From IMG/VR virus record IMGVR_UViG_3300031555_007195, positions 9,808-73,807 of that record: 64,000 bases of DNA; one strand, written 5' to 3'. Positions within the stretch are counted from its first letter, which is position 1; each line of letters opens with the position of its first letter. The translations under genes and the position numbers were made by a program. Origin of the DNA: a virus. Its lineage: Duplodnaviria > Caudoviricetes. The notes below the pieces were generated by a model. The model saw only the letters and a list, made by a program, of their open reading frames with translations. It searched no databases and was not told the origin of the DNA. Below, piece after piece: positions 36,393-45,440 of the stretch.

Positions 36393-38876
36393 TTAATTAA
36401 ATGGGTCTGTCAGCTTTATTCCGTTGAGAATTCTTCGTTTGCCCAAAGTGTCAACGCCTCTGGTTACTTCGGAGAAGGTTGATGTTAGCTGTTGCACAAA
36501 CATCCTCTGTGAATACGGCTTAAGACCGCATTCTTCACAGTAGCCTTTGTAAGCATTGAAGATTTCGGTACTTCCAACATAAGAATTACGTTCAAACTCG
36601 CAGTTTTCCTTAACAAAGGAAAGCACAGAGTCGCTGTCTTCACGGTACTGCTGAAGTTCCGCTTTATTGACACTTGTTTCGGAAAATACGAATTGCTTCT
36701 TCATCAAGCGTTTAAGTCCCTCAAGAGCAAAGAGGAATATGCCGTCAGCTTCCGTACGGAATTTTTCAACAAGATCGGGGTCACGCTTTTCAACGGGAAC
36801 AGGCTTGTTAAAACGCATAATGATAAGTCTACGGTAGAAACCTTCGGAGCGGTCACCGTAGTTTTTAGGGATGCTGTTGCAGGAGAATAGCAGTCTTGCA
36901 CAGGACTGAAAAGAAAACGGATTCTTGTTTTTCTTTTCAACCGTAAGATAGTCTTCACCGACCAATGCCTTGAAGATGCCGTTGTCATCAATGTACTTTG
37001 TAGGAAGGTCAGCAAAGATATTAGCAAGTTTGCCGAAAAGCTCTGCCGTCTTAAAACGCTCATTGAGTGCCTGCCACGATACATTTGACACATTCTGTTT
37101 GCCAAGCAAGATGTCGTTAAGAACACGGAGCAATACTGATTTTCCCGCTCCGCCGACACCAACAATGACAAAGCATTTCTGTGCCGAATTTACAGGGATA
37201 AGGAAGTAGCCGAGCATTTCCTGTATAAGAGCAACTTGCTCCATATCACCATCCATAGATTCCTCAAGGAATTTTAAGAACCGAGGACACTTTGCGTCCT
37301 TGTCATATGTAACACCGAGCTGTACCGTAGAATAGTAGTCGGGGTTATGTTCGACAATGGTATCTTCAAGAATGTTGTAAAGTCCGTTTTTGACATTGAT
37401 GATATAAGGGTTCGGGTTAAGTTCACGAATGTCTTTCTGAACACGGAGTTTCCACTGCTGTGTCGTATCCACAATTTGATTCATCTTCATTTCACGGGGA
37501 AGCATCTTTTCCTGAACAAGACGCTGTGCTTCCATTTCAGAGATTTCTTTAAACACACCGCCTTGATAAAGATAGAACTGTTCCGCCGCATAAAAGACCT
37601 TCTGTGTTTCCGCCATATGTTCGGCAAGAACACCGGGAAGGAATTTAAGTCCCTGCGAACCCACGGTATACCATGCAGGAAGTTCAAGGACACTTTGATT
37701 TGCCTTTGTTTTTGCGTTTGCCTGAAACTCACGGCTTGTTTCCTTGTAAATCTGCGACAACGGACGAAGAAAGGTGTTCTTCAACTTGAATCGTTCCTTA
37801 AGTTCAAAGTTTATAACAGCCTCTGCGGTTACGATGTCCTGATTATAGAGGTATGTGACAATAAAGTTTTTAGCTGTTTGCATATCACGCATTGCATCCC
37901 CGGTAACCTCAAGAGAAGAGATGATATCACGAAGCCCGTCAATATTCATAGGCTGATAGCACATTGCAGCGGGAGCTTTGCAAGAACATTCACCGCTTTC
38001 CATTTTCGGACACTTGAAACCTTTCTCTGCAATTGTTTTACAGGTGATAGGTTTGGTACCGCTCTCAAGAAAGTGATTGATTTTCTTCTGTGTGCCTTTT
38101 TCTGAATAACCGGGATAAGGTGCGGAAAGTTCGTGAATCAGCTTGACCCCACCTTCGAAGGGGGCAAGGTTTGTAATCATTGCATACCAGTCGTGTTCGG
38201 AAAGAGCCTTCGCATCAGTACGGCAATGCTTAATGAAGTCGCATCCGTGAAGCAGAAGTTCTATGCCTTTTTCGTTTCCTGTCTTTGTTTCCACAACCTG
38301 TTCTTCGCACTCGGGAAGAACTTCAATAAGCTGTTCCTGTGTATATTTGCGTTCGGGGTGAAAAGAAATACACTCAACCATAATAGGGTCTTTCTTGCAA
38401 TGATTGAAACCGGGAAGTCGCATTACACGGCTTTCGTTTACGCACATAGGGTCGCCGTGAAAATGTGCAACGAGCTGTTTCTGAATAGGACGGAACATTT
38501 CGATCTTTGCATTTTTCACAAGCCAATAGACGTGCAGAGACTTGCGTGTTTTAATAACCATAGACGGAGGGAGCGGAAATTCACCGACTGCTTTCTGCTG
38601 TTCTTCAAAAGACAAATCATCCATTTCAACGAACTGTGCGTTAATTCTGGTAATACTGCCATCGTCTTGGCCACCGTGATTTACAACAAAGAAAATACCG
38701 CGATTCTGTTCGTTGTGGGATTTCAGCGTCGGTTCTATCGAGGCATATTTTCCTGCTTCCATTTCAAGCTTTGCCCCGGAGAACACTCCGCCTTTCTTGT
38801 CATCGAAAATACGAAAACAAACTGTGTCTTCGGGGTTGAAGAAAGTGAGAATAAAATCCTGTACAGAGATTGTCAT
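36393..38876 (-). CDS. Primase-helicase (RepB-like primase + P4/D5-type SF3 helicase)
   Basis: FVEMDD, SLHVYW, RLPGFNH; GVGGAGKS Walker A; RRLIIMRF. Confidence 0.9.
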   Translation of the reverse strand: MTISVQDFILTFFNPEDTVCFRIFDDKKGGVFSGAKLEMEAGKYASIEPTLKSHNEQNRGIFFVVNHGGQDDGSITRINAQFVEMDDLSFEEQQKAVGEFPLPPSMVIKTRKSLHVYWLVKNAKIEMFRPIQKQLVAHFHGDPMCVNESRVMRLPGFNHCKKDPIMVECISFHPERKYTQEQLIEVLPECEEQVVETKTGNEKGIELLLHGCDFIKHCRTDAKALSEHDWYAMITNLAPFEGGVKLIHELSAPYPGYSEKGTQKKINHFLESGTKPITCKTIAEKGFKCPKMESGECSCKAPAAMCYQPMNIDGLRDIISSLEVTGDAMRDMQTAKNFIVTYLYNQDIVTAEAVINFELKERFKLKNTFLRPLSQIYKETSREFQANAKTKANQSVLELPAWYTVGSQGLKFLPGVLAEHMAETQKVFYAAEQFYLYQGGVFKEISEMEAQRLVQEKMLPREMKMNQIVDTTQQWKLRVQKDIRELNPNPYIINVKNGLYNILEDTIVEHNPDYYSTVQLGVTYDKDAKCPRFLKFLEESMDGDMEQVALIQEMLGYFLIPVNSAQKCFVIVGVGGAGKSVLLRVLNDILLGKQNVSNVSWQALNERFKTAELFGKLANIFADLPTKYIDDNGIFKALVGEDYLTVEKKNKNPFSFQSCARLLFSCNSIPKNYGDRSEGFYRRLIIMRFNKPVPVEKRDPDLVEKFRTEADGIFLFALEGLKRLMKKQFVFSETSVNKAELQQYREDSDSVLSFVKENCEFERNSYVGSTEIFNAYKGYCEECGLKPYSQRMFVQQLTSTFSEVTRGVDTLGKRRILNGIKLTDPFN

Positions 38877-39310
38877 AATACCGCCTCCTCGCTAAAGTAT
38901 TTAATGGGTTTTCCCAGACGTTTCGCTTCTTTGATTTCCTGTTCCATGCCGGAAGAGAGGTTTTCACCGAAGCACCACACCTCATCGCATAAAGCAAGAA
39001 GTGCCAAACCATACATTGTGCCGATTTCTCTTTCATCCGGGTTATTGTCGTCTACAATCTGCGGATACAAAAGGTGTGCCGCAATAGGCATTTTCTTTTT
39101 ATCAATTGCGAAACGGCAATAACGGATAGCATTTCTTACATTGTTTTCAACATCACCGGCATAACGTGACACAATATACACCTTTGAGCGTTCCTTAATT
39201 TCGGTCTGCCTGCGCCAAATTTCACGGCGCTCTTTTTTGTATTCTTTCATTACTCGACCCAATGCAACACCTGCAGTTGGGTCGGTGTAACCTTCACTAT
39301 TTTTATACAT
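38873..39310 (-). CDS. DUF4406-like / nucleoside deoxyribosyltransferase-fold protein
   Basis: VYIVSRYAGD, PIAAHLLYPQ, CDEVW and GMEQEI..A motifs. Confidence 0.7.
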   Translation of the reverse strand: MYKNSEGYTDPTAGVALGRVMKEYKKERREIWRRQTEIKERSKVYIVSRYAGDVENNVRNAIRYCRFAIDKKKMPIAAHLLYPQIVDDNNPDEREIGTMYGLALLALCDEVWCFGENLSSGMEQEIKEAKRLGKPIKYFSEEAVL

Positions 39311-41238
39311 TACACATCCTCCAGTTCTTCCATCGAGCCGAAGGTCTCACCGGCGGAGGCTTCTGCTACAAGTGGTAAATCAAATTCAAGGAAAGGCTGT
39401 TCTTCCATACAACCTTTTATAAAATGCACAGCTTCCGAGAGCTTGTCTTTAGGGATAATAAAGGTCAACTCATCGTGAATCTGCAGGATAGGCTTGAGCC
39501 ACGGTTTTTTTGGTAAACCCACCAGGATTCGAGTTACGGCAAGTTTCAAAATGTCTGCAGCTGTGCCTTGAATCGGTGTGTTCAAAGCACAGCGTTCAGC
39601 AAAGGACTTAACCCCCCAATCTTCACTGCGAACACCGGGAAGGTATCTGCGTCTGCCACTCCAAGTTTCCGAGTACATCTTGCGAACGGCATCTGCTTTG
39701 GTTTCTTCTTGCCAAGAGGTTAGGCCTTTGTAACCATTTTTTAAGTTGCTGATAATGTCGGCACATTCAGCTTCGGATTTTTCTACTCCGGCTTTGAATT
39801 TCAAAGTCCGCTGAAGTCCTCTTGGAAAGAGACCGTAAAAGGTGCCGAAATTGACGTTCTTTGCAATGGTGCGGTGTTCCTTATAATCTGCGGAATGTTT
39901 ATCCTGTGCTTCGTCATAAGTAACACCGAAAATAACCGATGTTGTTGCTGCATGAATATCTCCACCGCGTTTGTAAGTGTCCATCATAACTTCATCACGG
40001 CAATAAAATGCACCGACACGAAGTTCAATCTGTGAAAAGTCAAGGGATAGAATAAGTTTATTGTCATTTGCTTTTATAAAACTGCGAACACCGACGGGGT
40101 CATTAGTTTTTCTTGGCATATTCTGTGCGTTAGGATTACGGCAGTTCATACGCCCTGTGTCTGTAGACAGCGAAAAAAGGTCCGGGTGAATATTTCCTGT
40201 TGCAGTGTTGCGATATTTAAGGTAACCGTCAATATAGGTGGATTTGATTTTCCCCCATTTGCGGTATTCTTGAACCAAAGTGAAAAGGTTCGAAAGTTCA
40301 GGCTTGTTTTTGTCACACCACTCCTTGAGAAGAATCATAGTCATATCGTTTGCTGCTTCTTTATCCGAAGCGGTTGTTTTGAGTATGGGAAGTCCCAGGT
40401 CTTTGAAAAGATAATCCTTGAATGCTTTTGTGCTACAGTTTGCACCGATAGGAACATCACCGATAATGAATGAAATCTCATTTTTGATGCGTTCCATTTC
40501 CATCTCGGCTTCTTCCTTACGCTTGAGCATAAGCGGATAGTCTATGGGAACTCCGTTATATTTCATAATGCCGAGATAAACAGCTGTCGGTGATTCAATC
40601 TCCTCAATGACAAAGCGATGCTTCGGCAAATAACGGTCAAACCATTTATTAAAGAGGTTGTATAAACGAAGTGAGAAATCCGAGTCTGCTGCACCGTAAC
40701 GCACAGTTTCTTCATCTTGTGCATCAAGCTCATCAAAGTGTTTACCGTCGGTAACATCGGTAAAAGAAGGTAACGGCTCACCACAAAGTTCACTTGCGAG
40801 CTTTTTTAAACCGCTGTCGGATAGATTTCTGAACTCGGTGTTACTCTTAAGGGAAAGCTGTGAAGCCGCGATGGTATCATACACGGGAGGCATAATCACG
40901 ATGCCGAGTGCGTAAGACATCTGCGACTCAAATGCGATGTTATGAGCAACCTTTGTAATTGACGTATCGGTGAGGAACGCACGAAGAAAAGAGAAGAATT
41001 CTTCTGCGTTGATGTTTGTGCCGATGCGGTGTGCAATTGGAACATAAATACCTGTGCCTTCTGCGACAGAAAAGGAGCAACCTACAATGTTGGATTTGTG
41101 AGCATCAAGGGCTGCTTTGTCCTCATCACGATAGGCATAAATGGGAGCAGTTTCAAAGTCAAATGCGACAACCTTACAGTTGCCTATATATTTTCGGATA
41201 CCTTCAATCGAGGTAACACATTCATAGTTAGTTTTCAT
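39310..41238 (-). CDS. DNA polymerase family A with 3'-5' exonuclease
   Basis: DFET and HNIAFE exonuclease motifs; DFSQIELR, KNVNFGTFYG and QIHDEL polymerase motifs. Confidence 0.93.
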   Translation of the reverse strand: MKTNYECVTSIEGIRKYIGNCKVVAFDFETAPIYAYRDEDKAALDAHKSNIVGCSFSVAEGTGIYVPIAHRIGTNINAEEFFSFLRAFLTDTSITKVAHNIAFESQMSYALGIVIMPPVYDTIAASQLSLKSNTEFRNLSDSGLKKLASELCGEPLPSFTDVTDGKHFDELDAQDEETVRYGAADSDFSLRLYNLFNKWFDRYLPKHRFVIEEIESPTAVYLGIMKYNGVPIDYPLMLKRKEEAEMEMERIKNEISFIIGDVPIGANCSTKAFKDYLFKDLGLPILKTTASDKEAANDMTMILLKEWCDKNKPELSNLFTLVQEYRKWGKIKSTYIDGYLKYRNTATGNIHPDLFSLSTDTGRMNCRNPNAQNMPRKTNDPVGVRSFIKANDNKLILSLDFSQIELRVGAFYCRDEVMMDTYKRGGDIHAATTSVIFGVTYDEAQDKHSADYKEHRTIAKNVNFGTFYGLFPRGLQRTLKFKAGVEKSEAECADIISNLKNGYKGLTSWQEETKADAVRKMYSETWSGRRRYLPGVRSEDWGVKSFAERCALNTPIQGTAADILKLAVTRILVGLPKKPWLKPILQIHDELTFIIPKDKLSEAVHFIKGCMEEQPFLEFDLPLVAEASAGETFGSMEELEDV

Positions 41239-41298
41239 AGCGTTGTCTCCTTATCTGTGTGTCCGGGGAGGGCGAACCCTCCCCAAACAACATCATTC

Positions 41299-42063
41299 TT
41301 ATTTCAGAGGTTCGATAACTTCACCTGTGTCTGCGTCTACAAACGAAGTTTCTTCATCTGCGACGAGATCTGTGGTTGTAAGGTTTGCAGCATATGTTTT
41401 CATCTGGTCAACAAGAGGTGCGAGAGAATTAACTTCATCCTCGGTAAGCTGACGCACAAGCTTAAATACTGCCTGGGAGTATGCGATGTTACTGTCGGAC
41501 ATAGCCTTCTTGAGGCTGATTGTGGTAACAACACGACTTAATGAACTTCTCTGTGTGAGAAGGTGCTTCACATAGTTCTTGTATGCGCCGGACGAACCGA
41601 CAGGCAGATTGAGGATAACCGGGAAAAGCTGACCTTCACGAAGGATGTAAAGGATACGGCGGTTTTTACAAGCCTTGCTTTTACCGTCACCGCTTCCGAA
41701 CTTGTTATAAGGGCAAGTTTTACAATTGCCACCGGGAGTTCCTGTTCCGTGAATACCATCAAAGGAAGAACAATCGGGAGGATTGCTTCCGCCGGTGTAC
41801 TTGTCCTTGTAATAGGAATTTGCAGGATGGTTAAAGAGAATAACACCTGTGATTTCCTTTACCATTTCAGGCTCATCGCTGTCCCCGGTAGGAATCTCAA
41901 ATGCAGTCGAACCACCGGCAGGGATTTTGATACGGTCAAGCTGAAGCTCGATGCCTGCACAGTCTTCGCTCATTGCTTCGTTAAGCCACTGCATATCTGC
42001 AGGAGTTGCAAAGCCGGAGTTTGTAATTTCGTTGTTTTCTTTCTTCATGATTTCGTTTGACAT
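41299..42063 (-). CDS. Conserved phage replication protein (possible ssDNA-binding)
   Basis: PDCSSFDG and CKTCPYNKFGS motifs, acidic tail VDADTGEVIE; position in the replication module. Confidence 0.55.
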   Translation of the reverse strand: MSNEIMKKENNEITNSGFATPADMQWLNEAMSEDCAGIELQLDRIKIPAGGSTAFEIPTGDSDEPEMVKEITGVILFNHPANSYYKDKYTGGSNPPDCSSFDGIHGTGTPGGNCKTCPYNKFGSGDGKSKACKNRRILYILREGQLFPVILNLPVGSSGAYKNYVKHLLTQRSSLSRVVTTISLKKAMSDSNIAYSQAVFKLVRQLTEDEVNSLAPLVDQMKTYAANLTTTDLVADEETSFVDADTGEVIEPLK

Positions 42064-42132
42064 ATTAGTGTCCTCCTATAAATTTAAGATAATTTTTGTT
42101 GTTGCATTGCTTCATTGAGCGTTGTTTCTATA

Positions 42133-42540
42133 TCAGCCCTTGCGGATGCCGACAGATACTTTTTCGTGAATATTCACCACATCTGCCAACCACGCAGGGA
42201 CTTCATCGGCGTTAAGAGATTTTTGTTCCTTAACGAATGATGCGAGGGTGTTTGCGTTGACGCTTTCGGTAACGATGTCACCGTAGCCATTGTCTTTAAG
42301 AGCAAAAATCATATCGTCCTTTCGACCTGCCACAGGAGATGCGAAGAGTCGTGTGTTAAGGTAGAAGGTATTACCGTTGCGAGAGAATCTTTCGCATTCG
42401 GCTTCCGCCATAGCATCCGAAAGTTCGAGATCGAGGCGGTCAATTTCCGCTGTAATTGATTTAACCTCTGTTTCAAGTTCTTTTTTGCGGTCTTTCAGTT
42501 CTTTGAGCTGGTCCGCAAGTGAAAAAATATAGCTGTCCAT
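42133..42540 (-). CDS. Conserved phage protein (coiled-coil N-terminus)
   Basis: 135 aa, GGAG RBS; VNANTLASFVKE motif. Confidence 0.6.
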   Translation of the reverse strand: MDSYIFSLADQLKELKDRKKELETEVKSITAEIDRLDLELSDAMAEAECERFSRNGNTFYLNTRLFASPVAGRKDDMIFALKDNGYGDIVTESVNANTLASFVKEQKSLNADEVPAWLADVVNIHEKVSVGIRKG

Positions 42541-42556
42541 AGTCAAAATCTCCTTT

Positions 42557-43978
42557 TCATTTAAATGGGTTGATACCTTTTCGGTAATCGTCAACGAGTG
42601 TTTTTGCCAAGTCCACCTTGTGCCGTAATGCACGGAGAACTTTGACATCAACTGTGCCTTTAGCAACGAGATATATGTAAAGGCAGTTTTCGGTTTGTGA
42701 TACTCTGTGAATACGGGCCTTTGCCTGCTCGAAGTTACTCATACTGTAATCAAGCGAATAGAACACCATCGTAGATGCAGCGGTTAAAGTAATACCGAGA
42801 CCGGCGGCTGCTATCTGTCCTACAAAAACACGGCAGTCAGAGTCTTCTTGGAATCTGCGTATTTCTTCCTCACGGTTCTTCACTCCGCCACGGACAACAG
42901 CGTAGCCGATGCCTTTCTCTTCAAGTAGCTTCTGAATATCATTCAGTTCCGGTACGAACCTCGCCATAACAACGATTTTCTTTTCTTCTGCCATAGCCGA
43001 ATCGATAACATCGGACAGAGCTTTCAGCTTTGCTGTGCTTACAGGATTTGAATCGCCTTCGTCATCGGTAAGGTGTCCTCCTGTCAACTGCGATAAACGG
43101 AGCAGTTTTGTTAAAACATTAACCGCAGAAACCTCTGAATCGGCAAGCTCGATGTAACTTTCTTTTTCGAGTTGCTGATAGATTTTCTTTGCTTTATCCT
43201 CAAGTTCAACGGTGCGAACTTCCTCGGTAATGTCGGGAAGGTCAAGGCACTCTGCTTTGGTTACTCGGTATGCAATGGAATGCATTTTCTCAAGAAACTC
43301 ATCAAGCATATAGTTGCGGAAACGAGGAATGTGATTTCCGTAGCCAACCATGTCAAAGTAACGATTGCGGAAAACATAGAAGCTGTCACCGAATATCTTT
43401 CTGTTGAGGTATCTGTACTGCGAAAACACATCAAGCTCTTTGTTTGTAATTACTGTGCCTGTGAGCAGAAGTTTGTATCTTGCTTTGTCACCGAAGTGAT
43501 GCATAGCTTTGGATTGGGCCGTTCTTGCTTCCTTGATTTTGTGAGCTTCATCGGCGATGATGAGGTCTGCATCAAATGCAAGGAGTTCTTTTTCGATTCG
43601 CCAGGCACTTTCGTAATTCACAACTACGATTTGAAGCTCGTAGTTGCCGAGAGCCTTGAGAGTTTCTCCTTTTTCTTTGCTTGAGCCTTTAAGAACAGTT
43701 ACTGTGTGCGGGAAGTCTGCAAACTGCTCAAATTCCTGTTCCCATACACCTAAAATAGAAAGCGGTGCGGTTACGAGAATCTTTTTGACCTTGCCGAACT
43801 GATAAAGTGCTCCTGCAATTGCGATGCTTGTAAGCGTTTTGCCGGTACCCATCTCCATCAGCAAAGCCACGCCGTTACTGCGTGAAGCTGAATGCAACAG
43901 TCCGAACTTCTCACAAGCAAAATCAAATGCTTTGTACTGATGTGCATAGGGTCTTGCTTTTACGGGCATTGGAATCAT
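42557..43978 (-). CDS. SNF2/DEAH-box helicase
   Basis: MGTGKT, DEAH, LTGT and QAKARIHR motifs. Confidence 0.92.
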   Translation of the reverse strand: MIPMPVKARPYAHQYKAFDFACEKFGLLHSASRSNGVALLMEMGTGKTLTSIAIAGALYQFGKVKKILVTAPLSILGVWEQEFEQFADFPHTVTVLKGSSKEKGETLKALGNYELQIVVVNYESAWRIEKELLAFDADLIIADEAHKIKEARTAQSKAMHHFGDKARYKLLLTGTVITNKELDVFSQYRYLNRKIFGDSFYVFRNRYFDMVGYGNHIPRFRNYMLDEFLEKMHSIAYRVTKAECLDLPDITEEVRTVELEDKAKKIYQQLEKESYIELADSEVSAVNVLTKLLRLSQLTGGHLTDDEGDSNPVSTAKLKALSDVIDSAMAEEKKIVVMARFVPELNDIQKLLEEKGIGYAVVRGGVKNREEEIRRFQEDSDCRVFVGQIAAAGLGITLTAASTMVFYSLDYSMSNFEQAKARIHRVSQTENCLYIYLVAKGTVDVKVLRALRHKVDLAKTLVDDYRKGINPFK

Positions 43979-43982
43979 CGGT

Positions 43983-44117
43983 TTAATTTCCTCCTTCTTT
44001 AAGTTTCATTGCTTTGGTGACCTTTTTTGCCAAGTTTGCGGATACGATGATAAAGTCAAGAAGAAGGTCAACCAATTCTTCTGCCGGAGTCATCGTGCTG
44101 TTTTCGTGTTCTTTCAT
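43983..44117 (-). CDS. Small hypothetical protein (44 aa)
   Basis: AAGGGTG RBS before ATG 44117; first gene after the 40 bp motif. Confidence 0.5.
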   Translation of the reverse strand: MKEHENSTMTPAEELVDLLLDFIIVSANLAKKVTKAMKLKEGGN

Positions 44118-44160
44118 CTGTTTCACCCTTCCGTAAGAAGTAGGTATTGTTTGCTTCTTA

Positions 44161-44200
44161 CACTGACCACTGGAAAGCAAAAGGCCGTTTGGGAAAAAAT
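44161..44200 (-). promoter_or_regulatory. 40 bp bipartite motif, candidate sigma-like-factor promoter (copy 1)
   Basis: 35/40 identical to 8616-8655. Confidence 0.65.
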
Positions 44201-44202
44201 TC

Positions 44203-44712
44203 TCAAAAATAATCAGGAAATTCTTTTTTTACTGTCTCAAAGAGCTTTTTTATACGGTAGGCATATGTTTTTCTGCCTACACCGATTTTCTCTTCAATGG
44301 CTCTCTCACTCATGCCTCGTTGCCGTAATGTGCCGATTTCTATAGCCTCCGGCATTATTTCACCGATTCTTGCAAGAATCCGTTTCAGTTCGATTTCATC
44401 CGCTACAATCTCTTCGATAAGCGGAGTGTCATCGGTCAAGTCTTCAAGCCAGGACTTTTCGTTTCCATCCTCATCGGTAATTGTGTAATTTAAGGAAAGA
44501 GAATCTCCGGCTCGGCGGAAAGGACAGGTTTCGCAGTCCATATCACAGTCAAGCCATTTTGCCTTCGGGCAGACACACTTGCCGTGGTTTTGTTTTGTCC
44601 TTCTGTAGGCGTTAATGTCTCGGTAGTAATCGTTGAATTCCTGCTCGGATACAGGCACTCTTTCTTTTGTAGAGCGAAGATAAATGTAGCGTTGTTTGTT
44701 GTTGTTAATCAT
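44203..44712 (-). CDS. Sigma-70 region 4-like regulator (ECF / Tn916 Orf7-like)
   Basis: SLSLN acidic linker, C-terminal HTH GMSERAIEEKIGVGRKTYAYRIKK; Cys cluster CVC..WLDC..DCETC. Confidence 0.75.
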   Translation of the reverse strand: MINNNKQRYIYLRSTKERVPVSEQEFNDYYRDINAYRRTKQNHGKCVCPKAKWLDCDMDCETCPFRRAGDSLSLNYTITDEDGNEKSWLEDLTDDTPLIEEIVADEIELKRILARIGEIMPEAIEIGTLRQRGMSERAIEEKIGVGRKTYAYRIKKLFETVKKEFPDYF

Positions 44713-44717
44713 TGAAA

Positions 44718-44825
44718 AAATCCTCCGTGTTCGATGTTCTCGAAACGGAGGATTTAAGTTCAGCTGCAAAATGGGCGCAAAAAACAACTGCAGTCCTAAC
44801 GAGAATTCTCCGTTTCGGATTGCAG
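44718..44825 (-). promoter_or_regulatory. Attenuator-like leader with mutually exclusive hairpins
   Basis: 11 bp stem hides the GGAGG RBS and is followed by a U run; the upstream 10-mer is complementary to its 5' arm. Confidence 0.6.
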
Positions 44826-44971
44826 CAACCCGCTCAAAAGGTAGCTGTTATATTTAGTTGTATATTACATACCGTTGAGCTATCGGTGATCAGGCGATAC
44901 AGTATGCAATGTTCAAAGACTTTCTGCGTCTTTGATACTTTTATTGTAACGCTTAATTTCTGATATGTAAA

Positions 44972-45099
44972 AACTCGTGAAGTTACTAAAAAGAATAAAA
45001 AAACCTCAACTTTTGAGCTGATTTAATACAAAAATCAGTCTAAGTTAAGGTTTTTTGTGTTTGCAACATTAGTTTTTGTAACTCAGTCAGTTACTAAAA
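44972..45099. promoter_or_regulatory. Divergent control region with AACT-N5-AGTT operator-like sites and a long imperfect palindrome
   Basis: Sites at 44972-44984 and 45080-45092, both continuing ACTAAAA; palindrome 44997-45056. Confidence 0.5.
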
Positions 45100-45156
45100 T
45101 TTTTATTTTTGTGCAAGTAATATAAATTATACAACCAAAAATTTATATAATAGTCA

Positions 45157-45185
45157 TTGTAAAAGTAATTACTTTGTGTTATAAT
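45157..45185 (+). promoter_or_regulatory. SigmaA promoter of the defence operon with palindromic operator
   Basis: TTGTAA-N17-TATAAT, extended -10 TG; perfect palindrome AAAGTAATTACTTT at 45162-45175. Confidence 0.75.
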
Positions 45186-45218
45186 ATAAATATACCTTTA
45201 ATTTTTAGGAGGATAATT

Positions 45219-45428
45219 ATGACTGAGTCCAGAAAAAGCATCGTTCCAATGGAACACTATAATATGTCTGACTTCCTTCGCGGACAGGCGTCAAAAATCA
45301 TTACCACAATTTCTGAAGAAGATAAGGCTGGATTTATTTTGAAAAACGGAAAACCTATGGCTGTTGTTATATCCAATGAAAGATATAAGAGACTGTTACA
45401 GGCTGGAATAGATCTTAATGAGTATTAA
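45219..45428 (+). CDS. Phd/YefM family antitoxin-like protein, no adjacent toxin
   Basis: YNMSDFLRGQASKII...FILKNGKPMAVVIS.E.Y; AGGAGG RBS. Confidence 0.78.
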   Translation: MTESRKSIVPMEHYNMSDFLRGQASKIITTISEEDKAGFILKNGKPMAVVISNERYKRLLQAGIDLNEY

Positions 45429-45440
45429 TTAAGGAGGAAT

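Noticed and set aside
37347-39122. Long plus-strand ORFs 37347-38105 and 38133-39122
   Set aside because: Antisense shadows of the primase and its neighbour; no RBS or recognisable motif.
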